In this document: positions 1 through 12,130 of the stretch, in pieces | Numbering within the stretch: position 1 is the first letter of the stretch | Layout: each line of letters begins with the position of its first letter | Assembly: GCF_018977255.1 (NCBI RefSeq) | Contig: NW_024704742.1 | Location: 64,854,001 to 64,918,000 of the forward strand | Direction: 5' to 3' | Length of the DNA stretch: 64,000 nt | Source: Callorhinchus milii | Taxonomy: Eukaryota | Notes under the pieces: generated by a model | What the model was told of the DNA's origin: nothing | What the model saw: the letters and a program-made list of their open reading frames with translations, nothing else | Databases searched by the model: none | Made by a program: the position numbers and the translations under genes

Positions 1-138
1 CATTTATGTACACAGTCAGATTATTGGTCAATTACAAAAAAACAAGCTCACAAATTTCATTCTTACCAAGTTAATAATTTGGGCAGTTACAAACCATCAC
101 GTTTTCATTTCAATATATATCACCTGAGAACATCTTAC

Positions 139-243
139 CATCTAACTTTGTGGGAGTGCTGGGGGGAGTGCGGGTGGGGGTGTGATCTGCAGGACGAGGC
201 TCTTCATTTGCTTTTACTTCCTCTGGTAGGTGATCTAAAAGCT
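139..243 (-). CDS. ADD1: alpha-adducin tail exon (ELLDHLPEEVKANEEPRPADHTPTRTPPSTPTKLD)
   Basis: 105 nt, phase 1/1; pyrimidine tract then cttaag acceptor; GATG|gtaag donor. PPSTPTKLD matches human PPSTPIKLE. A second in-phase acceptor (ttttag) would start the exon at 234. Confidence 0.85.
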
Positions 244-987
244 CTTAAGATTAGAAAAAGAGAGGGGGAAACAAAACAGTCTTTAAATTCAGCACAAGAC
301 GTTTAACCACTTGATGACAGCCACAGCATTTTTAACTATGCCTATAAAACAATGCAATTAGAATTTGTTATTTTTGACACTGCTATACACATGTTCCATC
401 CACAATTCTCAATACAATCTGGACATATGCAAAACAAAAAGTTGCCATGAAAATATTTGATCAATTCTTCAGCTATCTCAAATAGATTTTGGCTTAAGTT
501 TCTTCCCAAAAGCAATAAACACAGACCACAAAATGGTTTAAAACTATGCAAATTGGCAGGAAGCATGTAATCACTTAACTATATAATACCAGCTTTAATC
601 TTGGAAATACCATTACCTGAAAACATAGTTTATGACAACATGGACTCAAAGAATAATGTCACCATCACCTCTAATTCTACAACATGCAGAGAAAAATGAT
701 AAAAGAATCATTGCAAGGATCCAGAAAAAGCTTTATTTCTCATGGGATTGCAGCAAGGATATAGTTGTACAGCGGGAGGGAAGCCAAACCAAGAAAGAAA
801 CAATTCAACCGCAAATGAACCAACATACATTACAGCAACCAAAAATTAAGTAACAGCTGTTGGCAAGGATCAACGCATTGAAGGGACAAGAGGATTTGCA
901 AACCAAATGGAAGATCCCAATATTTTTTGATTAGAGAGAGGCGTGCTTCTTCATTCAAAGACAGGTGTTTAACCTGCTAGCCAATAC

Positions 988-1419
988 CTGAGGGGTCTGA
1001 TGAAGGAATACGATCTCCAGTAGGGCTAAGTGCCTTGACAACGGCACTGTGTAGTTGGTTGTGGAGAGACTCTTGAGTGTCCACCTGATTTAAGTTGAGG
1101 TGCCCGGAGACCTGGCCTACACTGTAGGGAGATTCCTGACCAGAAACCTGCTCATGATTTGAACGAGACTCGGCCTCTGTAGGATATCCTTCACTTGCGT
1201 GAGATTGTGTTTCAGTCACATTATCTTGGCTATGTATAGATTCATATATGGATGACTCATTCTGGCTTTGGACACTTTCAGCAGTCACTTGCTCCTGGGC
1301 ATGATGGCTTTGAGGTATAATTGCCACTTCATCTGGTTTGCCATCAGAGCATTCTTGGTGTGCTTGAGCGAACCCAATTTTTTCTGAGACCTCACCAATG
1401 TGGACTGCAGTTTCCTCAA
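988..1419 (-). CDS. ADD1: predicted lineage-specific 432-nt alpha-adducin exon (Ser/Glu/Gln/His-rich, 12-aa degenerate repeat)
   Basis: Lies within ORF 977..1441. Acceptor ttgtcttctctag|TT, donor TCAG|gtattg, phase 1/1, 144 codons; in frame with both flanking exons. No homology recognised. Confidence 0.6.
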
Positions 1420-2055
1420 CTAGAGAAGACAATAGGTTCAAGCAAATAAATGGAAGTGAAATTCACTGAAATTCACTTCCAAGATGGAAATGAACAACTC
1501 ATACAGATCAAATGCAGTTACAAGAATACAATATCAGATAAAAAGTTCAGATAGTATAGTAAAGTGTGGTAAAGGCCCCTACTAGATTGTTACTAAGACA
1601 AAATGTTAGTTCCATTATGAGGATATAATTACGGAGTAAATGCTACTGTAAGATTTATGCAAGATTTTTAAAATCTTCTTATGACACTTAAAAGAAACTG
1701 AAATTCTTCTCCTCTCCATCTTGTCTCATTAGAAACAATATACAAGTTTAGACAGTTAAACATCAGGAGCTGCAATGTGTTACAGAATAAACCACTGCTA
1801 AAGCAACCACTTATGATCGGCACTCAGCCAGGTTTACAATCTGTTCCTATGAAGGCGACATTCTAGAAAGCTTCAAATTAAGTTCAATGGGATCAGCATG
1901 TATGAAGACTGCATTGTTTCAATACAGATTAGGACTTGATGAAGACAATAGATGGCAAAAATAAGATGAAAGACAACACCCAACTCAATGGTAGAATTGC
2001 CAGCTACAAATGAAAACCATTTACAAGAAAATCTCAAGCAGATAAATAAAGAGAC

Positions 2056-2373
2056 AATAATAATAATAATCCTTGCATTTGATATAGCGCTTTTTTACGT
2101 CTTCTCAACGCCTCAAAGTGCTTCACAGAATATACTGTAAAGTGAATTGACTGTATATTTGTGGGCGAAACGCGATAGTCAATCGCGCACAGCAGTGTCC
2201 CACAAACAATCGTGGATTGAAAATGACCAATTTATTATTGTTTTGTTTTTTGGATGGATTATTAATAGGCGTGTAAAGTAAGGAAATTTGCCCAAGGTTT
2301 CACCCTGCCTGGAATTGAACCCAGGTGTCTCGCTTGCAAGGCGAGTGCTCTAACCACTGAGCTACAGGACTCC
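2056..2373 (-). mobile_element. full-length tRNA-derived SINE (tRNA-Ala-like head, Deu/L2-like tail, (TTA)n end)
   Basis: Minus-strand GGAGTCCTGTAGCTCAGTGGTTAGAGC head with A/B boxes, CCTTGGGCAA core-like segment and GCGCTATATCAAATGCAAGG(ATT)n tail; paralogous to 8054, 28372 and 54261. Confidence 0.9.
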
Positions 2374-3367
2374 ACAGTGTACCGTCAGCATCAGTAATGG
2401 AAAGGACAACAGCAAAATAATTTTAAAAAGTCACTCAATGAACAATTAAGAGATCCTTCCCTCAAAAGAAAGAATACTACACTTATCCATTTAGACCTAG
2501 CTATGAAATTAACCAATAATTCTGAAGTCACAAGGGCTGCACAGAAAAAACAGGATACCAAATACCAAAACATACTTCAGAAACCAAACAAACTGAAGGC
2601 ACCGAATTGTATCTCTATTTTACGTCACACATTTCTTATGCAAGACATTACATGAATTAGTGACATTAAACAATTCCCTTGATATGAAAATTCACTTGAT
2701 CAAAAATTGTTCCTACTTAAGCATTTAACAAATATATTTACTTTATTTGCACACAAAGTATTATGAACAGCAATTACATTCATCAAATTAGTTTAAGGCT
2801 GGTAAATATACTTGAGAAAAGTAACATTATGAATCTCAGCCATAGTATTGACAAACTGAATGTTTCAACTTAGTGAAAGACTAGAGTAAGATAGACAAAT
2901 CTCAAGAAGGGAAGGTAGTACCAGCAACGATATAGTGGGCGGAAGGGTTTCTTTCTGTGCTGTAAAAATTGAATGCTTCTAAAAATGGAACAAAATTAAA
3001 AATAGATTCTCATGGCTGGCATCTTTAATTTTACAGAAATTACTGTGCAGTAGTTGGAAAATCACTGATAGTGATGTAGCAGTGCCTAGTTTCAGGAGAA
3101 ATGCAATTCACACCATTGCAGAACAAGCGCGGCGAGTTTAAATCATACAGGTCTGTTCAAAGAACTCAGATGCGATTTACTTTTCATGCAACAAGAACAC
3201 AGGAACATAGAGGATTTGAAGACAGTTCATCCAAAGCTGTTATGTGAGCTGGCTTGAATACCAAAGTGTTAAACACATTGTCAAGCCTGGTCTGAAGAAG
3301 CAGATCTGAAGACACTGCATTCAAGACTGCAATTACCTAAAAAGCTTCACTAGTTATGGCCTATATG

Positions 3368-3371
<4 letters not shown>

Positions 3372-3398
<27 letters not shown>
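3372..3398. repeat. (TA)n microsatellite
   Basis: Direct reading of the sequence. Confidence 0.95.
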
Positions 3399-4302
3399 GT
3401 GCTCTGAAGTATTGGGTCTGAAGTATTTGCTTTGCTATTGTAAATCAAAATAGTTGTCATTTTAAGTCTGGCAAAATACCGTCTTGTTTTCAAAATACTC
3501 TGATATGAAGCAGCTCTGTCCAATATGATTTAGCTACAAAGATAATAGATTAGAGTCATGCTGTTTCTCTGGAGCAGACTACCATAAAATGGGAGTTCTA
3601 TATCCTGAAATTAGCATCTGCAAGGTAAAAAATAATGGTTGAATTACAGAGCTAAACAAACTGTATCCAGCAACGTGTTAGCAAAATTGTGAATATAACA
3701 AACTGGTTGGAATATTGATATTTAAAAAATAAAATCCATTCATTTTTTGCTACTTATTCCCAGTTTTAAAAGCAAGATTATATTTCAGATTATGTCCACT
3801 GTAGGAACTGATAGAACAAACTTAGAAAGCACAAATAAAATTGTCCTGGGATGAACCTTCTAAACTTCAAGAGCTCAACATAAATCTGAAGCATTTTTCA
3901 GCCTTCGGGAGTTTATTAGTGATCTGTGTCCTCAAAAACAATTCACTCCCAAATTAAACTTCCTGCATTTGGACACTTGGGAGTTGAAAGATCAAACAGT
4001 AGTGAAGTTTTCTTTGCATAAAATGGAATGGCCATTACCTGTTCCAGTATTAGTTTAAAAATAAACGGATTGCACTTTACGACTATTTTAATGGACACAC
4101 ATGTACAGTATACCTTCCAACAGATTAGAAATATTTGACAAATTCATTTATGTAGACTTCACAAGCTTTTTCTTTTATAGCCTGCAAAAAGAGTTCAAAG
4201 TTTGCATCATTAAACTCGAAACAAACTGAAATTAAATCGTTTTTTACCTGCACCTTAAAAGCTTTTTCTAAGAACAAAACTACCGATTAATTAGGAATAT
4301 AC

Positions 4303-4456
4303 CTTCAGGTCCCTTCTGTTTGCGTTCGACTTCTTTGCGGTACTCTTCAAGTTCACGGTCTGTCAGTTTATTAAAAGGATTGGGTGCAGTGCTCACAATA
4401 ACTCGCGGTTGGTACTCTTTCTCAATGATTGCCTTTGATGCAGTCACTAATTCTCC
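4303..4456 (-). CDS. ADD1: alpha-adducin exon (GELVTASKAIIEKEYQPRVIVSTAPNPFNKLTDRELEEYRKEVERKQKGPE)
   Basis: 154 nt; ttag|GGA ... GAAG|gtatat; translation closely matches human ADD1. Confidence 0.95.
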
Positions 4457-5580
4457 CTAAACAGTAAAAGAAACTACTATTAATGCAATCACAATGATGT
4501 ACAGCAAAACAAATGAACATACCTGGATTTGTTTTATATTTGGGAACACTATTTCAGGAGGAAGTACAAACATAATTTCATATTTTAGAAAGAAACCTAT
4601 TAGATTAACCATTTTGAGTTTTATGTTGACAAAAGATTTTACTTCCAAAATAGAACTCCCAAACCAATTTCTTCAAATCCTGTTCATAATTCACATCGAT
4701 GTGTTGAAACCTTCAAGCACTTTTTATAGGATGCAAATGGAGGGGGGGGCTGAAGAGAAAAAGAAAGGAGTTGGGGAGGAAAAATTTCCATACGATTCCA
4801 TAATGTAAAACGCATTGATGTAATTTTGCAACTGTGACCAAAAATAGTAAACTAGAGCCATCAAAAACTGTCATCTTTGTTCATATTTGTCTCTGCAGTT
4901 AGTCAGAATCAAAATTTAAGCTAACCCCAAATTAGTTTGCAACATTATGAAGGAATTGAAAAGGTTGATCCAGAAAACAATTCTTCACTATAACAAACAA
5001 TTCACATACTTTTCACATCAAAGGGAATTAGACAGACAATAAGGCGAATTAGAAAGAACAAAGGGTTAAGTTACAGGGCAAGGCCAGGGACATAAAATAC
5101 ATAAATGGATTCTGAGGCAACTAGGTAATTTTTTTGAAAAAAAGAGAAGGAATTGAGGGAAACAGTGAAAAGCCAGGTATGTGGGGTTGATCAAAGGAAG
5201 ACGGGATTAATGGACTAATGACTTTCCCCATTTCTAAACGTTTTCTTGTCTTATTGGGTTGTCTTCAATTTTTGGAATCTAAACATCCAAAGGTGAGGTA
5301 ACCTTTAAAAAAAAACCTTATAATTTAAAATAACACTTATAACGTTAAGAATGTATCAATTATTGGTAAAGTGAATAGAGGACTATTTGTCGTTGAGCAC
5401 TAACAGCTAAGCAGCTTCATTCCTTAGTTCATTTTCCCAGCCCCAAAATGTTGAGATTGTCAACAAACACTGATAACCAGTCTCCTAGGCAACGTAAATA
5501 TTTAGAATGACAATTTTTAAAAGTTTTTTTAAAAAATCGTGTATTAAATGTCACCGATCCAGAACTAGATCAAACCCCAA

Positions 5581-6104
5581 TATAGTAACACTCACAGAAG
5601 TCACATCAGTCAGCTCCACCACATTTAATATGAATTATGTGAAGTATGAGATGAGTGGCAGACAAACTTGCTTAAATTGTATAAAATCCAATGTAATCAA
5701 TCTACACTGCGCACGTGTACTTCAATGCAGCTGGCAAGCGCGCATGCATCGACAGGTCAGAACTTCATTTCCTGCAATTCAATGCAGCTGGTAAATGCCA
5801 ATGTGGCGACAGATCAGGACTTCATTTCCCGCCCTCGTTTCAAACAGAAAATTGTATCTGCATGCTTCAATGGAGTCGATAAGTGCGCATGCGTTAACAT
5901 GTCAGAACTTCATTTCCCACAATTCATTGTAGCCAGGAAGTGTGGTAGCAGAGCTATAAGCTAGGAATGATTTGATTTATAAAATATGACTAGTGCAAAG
6001 AAATCTAAGTGATTTTTGGCTGGAAACTGAATGGGACTCAGGTACATGTACAACTTAGGCAATTATATGATTATAGAGATAAGATTTATTTGAATTTTAC
6101 TATA
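5581..6104. mobile_element. MITE, Tc1/mariner (Tigger-like) type, copy 1
   Basis: TA-tagtaacactcaca ... tttgaattttacta-TA imperfect TIRs; internal 57-bp repeats; colinear with 30399-30931. Confidence 0.75.
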
Positions 6105-8053
6105 TTCTTGATAGAATTTTTTATGTTCTTGTTCTATCGATGTGGCCTCCATAACATGCAAGTGGTAACATGAAGGTTTTAAGTTCTCCAGATAGAACGT
6201 CTCACATCCAGATCTAAACAATTTTGCTGAATTCTGACATGAAATGTGAGCAGCTCAGCTGAATGGCTTCCCTGACCCAGACAACCTATATATGCGCCCT
6301 TTCATTGTTTTACATAGATTGAAGATGTTCTCACACAAATTTTAATCCTTGCATTTGATATAGTGCCTTTCAAATCAGGAGAATAACAACTTGCCTTTAT
6401 ATAGGCCCCTTCACATGGGATAGCATCTTGGAGCACTTGAAGAATGTCTCAAAGTAATTCACAGAATTTTCTGTGAAGTGTTTTGGTTGTGTATTTTGTG
6501 ATTAATTGGAGGGGAAGAATCTTAGCTTGGGCAGGAAGAACTGCTGCCAGAACTACTGAATGCCTTACTTGTATTAATGAGCTAAATAAACCCTGAAGTT
6601 ATGTTTCTGCATTATCTCAAGCAAGGCACTGGTTAAAACTTTTTGAAAAAGTGCAAGATGACAAACGTGTTCTTGCTCCAATGGACTTTGAGACAAATGC
6701 TCTAGCACCATATGATACTGAAGCCTCATCAGTACCTGGAAATACAAAGGTTTTAATCCACAAATTAAAGAGATTCCAGTTGCACTCTCTTTTCCCTGGT
6801 CACACGAGAAATGCAGCCACTTCAACAAAAGGCATTTCACAACACAAACCAAGATTCTCCTGTGGTACATTATAATAATCATTGGATTTAATTTAGAGCC
6901 CTATCATTTCGTTGAGATTTCCCAAAGCCCTTCAAAGGATATACTGTAAAGTGGACTTACTGCATGTATGGATGAATCAATTAGCTGCAACTATACCAAT
7001 ATTGGTTTGTTTTCAAATAGAACTGCAAACCAAATTCTAAATATTGACTATTGTGTGGAGATAAAAAAAAAGTCATTTTGTCCTCAAGGGACAAAGTCTG
7101 GTAGCAGGGTTTACAAAACCTAAAGCCACTTGACAGAGCATTTTAATTTACTGCACCATGTGAATATCTTGGTGGATCAAACCCATACAAAAGATAATAC
7201 ACATTGGAAAAAAAATACCAAAACATACCACCAAAAAAAATATTGGAAATAGTAGTCTCCAAAACGTTTGAGAACTTCCTTACCAAAACTGTGCCAATAA
7301 AAGAATGAATACCTAATCTGTGCAAGATTCTCATGATATAAGTAAATATGAAACATCTGGGAGAATCACTTATATCCTAATTTTATCCTGGCTGACAATG
7401 AGCCTAACCCAAAGGTAAACAAAGGATAAGCAAGCTTTAAAAAAAAGGCAGTCCAGGGACAAGTTGTTAGAAAGGTTCATTGCATTTTAAAATTTATAGG
7501 ATCATATTTACAGACAAATCTGTTAAAGTGATCACCTAACCTCGTTTGGTCACCATGCGTTCATCCCTAATATTACTTGCATATACTATTTATTTTGACT
7601 GTTGGAATGGAATAAAACAAGAACATGATGAATAAAAGGTTTTGAAGACCCAAGTTCATTAAAAATAAACCTTGAATGAGCACAAAATACAAGTAATTTA
7701 ACCATATTAACGCTATATTAACCCTGCATACAGCTGTGAAGATAAAACAGTTCTCACACACTCAAATAAATCCAAATATTTNAAAAAAATAAGAACCATT
7801 ATGTCAGAGATGCACTATGGAACACAAGTGATTGCACCAAATCCAGTTTAACATTTGAAGCGATAAAATAAGCAAATAATTTTCATACAAGTTCTCCAGA
7901 TAGTAAGATTATTTCTCCTAATAAAATTATGTAAAAGAAACACATACTTATGAATATCATTAAAAGGTACTCACTTAATAAAAAAAATTCTGTTGCCAGA
8001 TTAAATGGAACATTTGCTAAATTAGCAATATTAGTCAATGAAATGCAATCAAT

Positions 8054-8381
8054 TAATAATAATAATAATAATCCTTGCATTTGATATAGCGCTTTTCACG
8101 TCAGGAGGACGTCCCAAAGCGCTTCACAGAACACACTGTAAAGTGAATTGACTGTATATTTGTGGGCGAACGCGGCAGCCAATTGCGCACAGCAATGTCC
8201 CACAAACAGTCGTAGATTGAAAATGACCAATTTAATTATTGTTTTTGGTTTTTTGGAGGGATTATTATTAGGCTCTGTGTGGAGTAAGGAAACTTGCCCA
8301 AGGTTTCGCCCTCTGCCTGGAATTGAACTCAGGTCTCTCACTTGCAAAGCGAGTGCTCTAACCACTGAGCTACAGGACTCC
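8054..8381 (-). mobile_element. full-length young tRNA-derived SINE
   Basis: A box TAGCTCAGTGG, B box GAGTTCAATTCC; almost identical to 54261-54588. Confidence 0.92.
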
Positions 8382-9002
8382 AAATTGGCTATTGTCAATT
8401 GGCTAAACCTGTGTATTATGGGTCATCCTCCTGACGTGAAAGGTACCTTACAAGTGTAATTCTGTTGTATTATGCATTTTAAAACTCCTTGTTGTTACAA
8501 CAAAACATTTCTAGTAAATGACTAGATTAAATGCTCTGTCCTTTCCAGCATAACTCATGCAGAAAATCTATTCCTAACCAATGTCACAGGCAATCTTATT
8601 TTAATAAGCAAAATAATGGTACATTTATGCCAATGATTGAGAAAATTGCTGGAAATATACAAGTATGAAAGAGAAAACAGGTCAATAATTAACTTCGGAT
8701 TTGATGTAGCACCTTATTGTATCATTGAAACATTTCCATGCACTTCCTAGGATTTTACTGTTAAGTGCAGTGACCTTGTATAATTCGATCTCTGATGTTA
8801 CCTTCAATTTATTTGGCTGTTACACAAAATTACAAAATAGTAGGATCAAAACAGAATTGAAGAGAAACTACAATGAATATTTAGTTATCAGAGGCAAGAG
8901 TGATCAACTGAACCAGGCTGAGTCAGAAAATTATGGGTTAAAGCTCCAAGTTGGGAGCGCCAACATTTCATCTCCTCTAATGTTCTCTTCCACTCCCGCA
9001 CG

Positions 9003-9140
9003 GTCACCTGTGGTGCACTGCACGACTCAGACCTCAGCATACTTCTTTTTTCATCTACATGCTCCCCTTGGGATATCATCAACAAACATGGGGTCAACTT
9101 CCACATGTGTGCGGATCACACCCAGATCTATTTTTCCTCT
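9003..9140 (+). mobile_element. decayed L2 LINE reverse-transcriptase fragment
   Basis: Translates with slips to ...[28 protein letters not shown], the L2 RT YADDTQLY region. Confidence 0.7.
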
Positions 9141-9204
9141 TCTAAACAAGATCCAAATGATACAAAACTCTACCACCCATGTACTCATCCCGACCAGGTT
9201 CTGT

Positions 9205-9450
9205 TCTTCAGATGAGATGTTAAATTGAGGTCCTATCTGCCTGTTCAGGTAGAAATTGAGGTTCCCATGGCACTGTTCAAAAAAGACAGTTTCTCTCAGT
9301 CTCTTGGCCAACAATCTTTCAGATATTATTGGTTATTCACTTCATGGCTGTGCAAAAATTGACTGCTGTGTTTACCTCAAACACACAACACTACACTTTA
9401 CAGTAATTAAAGTGCTTGGGAGACATTTTAACTATATCAAATGCAAGGAT
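9205..9450 (+). mobile_element. old DeuSINE-type SINE fragment
   Basis: gatgagatgttaaattgaggtcctatctgcctgttcaggt...cccatggcact Deu-domain-like segment followed by a ctatatcaaatgcaagg tail. Confidence 0.75.
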
Positions 9451-11186
9451 TGTCTTTTACACTGCATTTCTTTTAATGTTCAACCTGTAAACCAAGGATA
9501 CTCGAAAAGTCCTGAATATAACTATCTTTGCCAAAATTTGTATTACAAATGTACACTTTTGTAAAAATGTCATTAGTTTTAATCAGTCTCATTAGACTAC
9601 AATAATCTAATTTGACATCCTGAAAATATATGGTTGGATGTTTAAGACAATTTCAAGATTTGAAACTTATAGCTATGCTTGTTAGAAAGCAACGCATTTC
9701 AAACTAAAATGATACAGAATGAAGGTACACACACTGACAGTACAGCTTGAAAACAGGCCACCCTGTCCTACTAGTTCATGCTGATTTTATACTCTACACG
9801 AGCCTCCACTCTTTCTATTCCCCTCTTAAATGCAGCATCAGACCTCAACATGCTCTGTGATGTGTTGAATTCATCACATGATCCTTCGTCTATCACCATT
9901 CTTTCTCAAGATTATGGAATGTGTTACCTCCCACATAAAGATTAAGCTATAAGTTAGTTGCAATAAGTCTAAAGTTATTCAAATTTGTAACATATCAAAC
10001 AGAATATTAATTTTTACACAACCTATGTAAAGCAGGAAGTAGTGCATCTCCCTGTGACTAAGAATCATCTAAAATCTCCTAGCAGGTTTTAGGTGAGTTT
10101 CTATATATAATGATTTAAAAGGCTTTTTAATTAGTTGCAATTTCACGACAAGTCTCTTCACTTAGGACTAGATAGATTTTCTGTGGTGGAGAAAGACACC
10201 CAATTACAATATCTCACAAGTAGGACAATTTTTCAATTGTTTTCCAATTGAAGAGATAAGGATATGTTGTCGTGCACTTCCCTAGATTTTCCATCTCTTT
10301 TAAAGAGCCATGTGTAAAATAGTTTTGGTGCTCTGAGCTGAAGGGCACAAAAATGAATATTACAGAGTATTATATATTGCATTACATATTATACCATCTG
10401 GCATTAAATTATTGAAAGACATAGCAGCAAGGTTATAAACTGTAAATAAGAATTGTTAAATTAAAGTCATCTTTGGTAAGTCCCTATTATTTGTATATTT
10501 TCCTTTACACAAATTCAGGCCTATATTCCTGCAGGACTCATCTTTGAGGCAATACAATCATTTTCAAAATCAGTTTATTTCTGGCAGAAAAATACTGCGA
10601 CCAATTGCATTTCAGAAGATATCTTGTGAAGATCACCACTGAGCAAGCATCAACACCACCAATGGGTAAACATTTGGCACAGAGTGCAAACTCAAGTCAC
10701 CCGAAATCTTTACACATGAAAAGAACAAAACTCAATTGCAAATACACAAATTATGATTTCGTATATTCAGATACAAATATTTTTTAAAAATATTTGGTCT
10801 GATTTTACACACATCTCTGCTAAATATTGGTTTGAAAGTTCATAATATAGAAACGTTAATGTCAAATTTCTGCAGTTTGAACAATAATTTGGAACAATAT
10901 GTATTTCTGGAAATATTTAATGCAACCCATGTTTCTGCAACTATGTGGTCTGCATAAATATCAGATTGTCCCACTTGCTGCATAAAAGTAAACAATTTGA
11001 TATCTGAATTGTAGTTTGATCTTAATTGCCCCACTATATTTTCCACAAGTTACAGTAAAACAAGGAGTTCCAAATGGACTGAAAATTAGATCAAGGTGAT
11101 GAACAAATGTACTAGGGTAAAGCAAAGTTATTTGGTTAGGAAGAGACAGCAGGTTCAGAGTTCAACAACAACAGGTCAGTAAGTAC

Positions 11187-11273
11187 CTTTCTAACAGTGT
11201 TAGCGGGAATTAGAGCCTGCTCTGAGAGATCGAGACCATCAATAATCTCCACACAGTCTGAGAGGGGTGCATC
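11187..11273 (-). CDS. ADD1: alpha-adducin alternative exon (DAPLSDCVEIIDGLDLSEQALIPANTVRK)
   Basis: 87 nt, phase 0/0; gttgcag|GAT ... AAG|gtactt. Resembles the DAPLSDCTETIEGL cassette of mammalian ADD1 isoforms (recalled). A further in-frame acceptor lies 42 nt upstream (start 11315). Confidence 0.85.
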
Positions 11274-12130
11274 CTGCAACAGTAAATTGGGTAAACAGAG
11301 CAAACCATATCCTCCCTGAAAGTCCAGATAAACCAAAATCCATCATGGAACCAATCCATTTACATGCAATCCATGTATTCCAGTAATAGAATGGTTAGGA
11401 AAGGATAGCATGCAGGATATACCCCAATGCTGAATGATATGCATAAGAGATGGATATATGCATAGGTTTCAACTAGTCAAACTTTCATGATCCCATATAA
11501 TGTTGTTGAAGTAGCTTCATTGAAATTTTTATAAAAATGTAGCTTACCATGTAGTGAACATTTGCTAGAAACAACATATTACCTTTTGGTGACCATCTTA
11601 ATCCAAAATTGTTTGTTTTGCATCTTGATAACACTTAATAAAAATGTCATTTACTTTTTCCATTTCAGGAAGACCACAAAAAATACTTCAGTATAAAGGA
11701 TAATATATTTAAAGAGACCAAAATATGGTTTTGAAGTTTTTGGTTGGTGATTTAAAAAGTAATACTTTCTTTTTCCTTAAACTCTCTTTTCCTCAACCAG
11801 TTATCTTTGGGAAGAAGTAGCCAGAACAAAAAAAAACCAGTTTACACAGAATATGGTCCATTAAACCAATTAAGTTTCTATCTCAAAAATCAAATTCCTC
11901 CTTTGAATGTTAACACACAGATGGCGTTGCTCCATTTGGAGGTAAGCTTGGTTCACTTTCACAAGTACAGTCAATGTGATTTCCCATTATAAGCAGGCAC
12001 CATCAATATATGCTAAATGTACCAGGACGTGAAGTATCATGTCTATTAAGTCTTAAAAGTAATATTTACAATCATAACAAGCTACATCAAGAACCAAGTA
12101 AAATTCCTCAATTCTTTTAATTAATAGTCC

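Noticed and set aside
4248..4253. Possible 6-nt microexon aag|GTGCAG|gtaaaa
   Set aside because: The upstream intron would be only 49 nt, below the usual vertebrate minimum.
5721..5940. CRISPR-like appearance of spaced repeats
   Set aside because: Vertebrate context; units are degenerate tandem repeats without unique spacers, and no cas genes are present.
5507..5964. Overlapping ORFs in the MITE
   Set aside because: They arise from the 57-bp (19-codon) repeat; no transposase motifs, and not preserved in copy 2.
7782..7782. Ambiguous base n (also at 17483)
   Set aside because: Assembly uncertainty at T/A homopolymer junctions, not biology.
8310..8381. tRNA-Ala(TGC)-like sequences (also 2300-2373, 28615-28684, 54520-54588)
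   Set aside because: They are SINE heads: each is fused to the same body and tail and has no proper acceptor stem.
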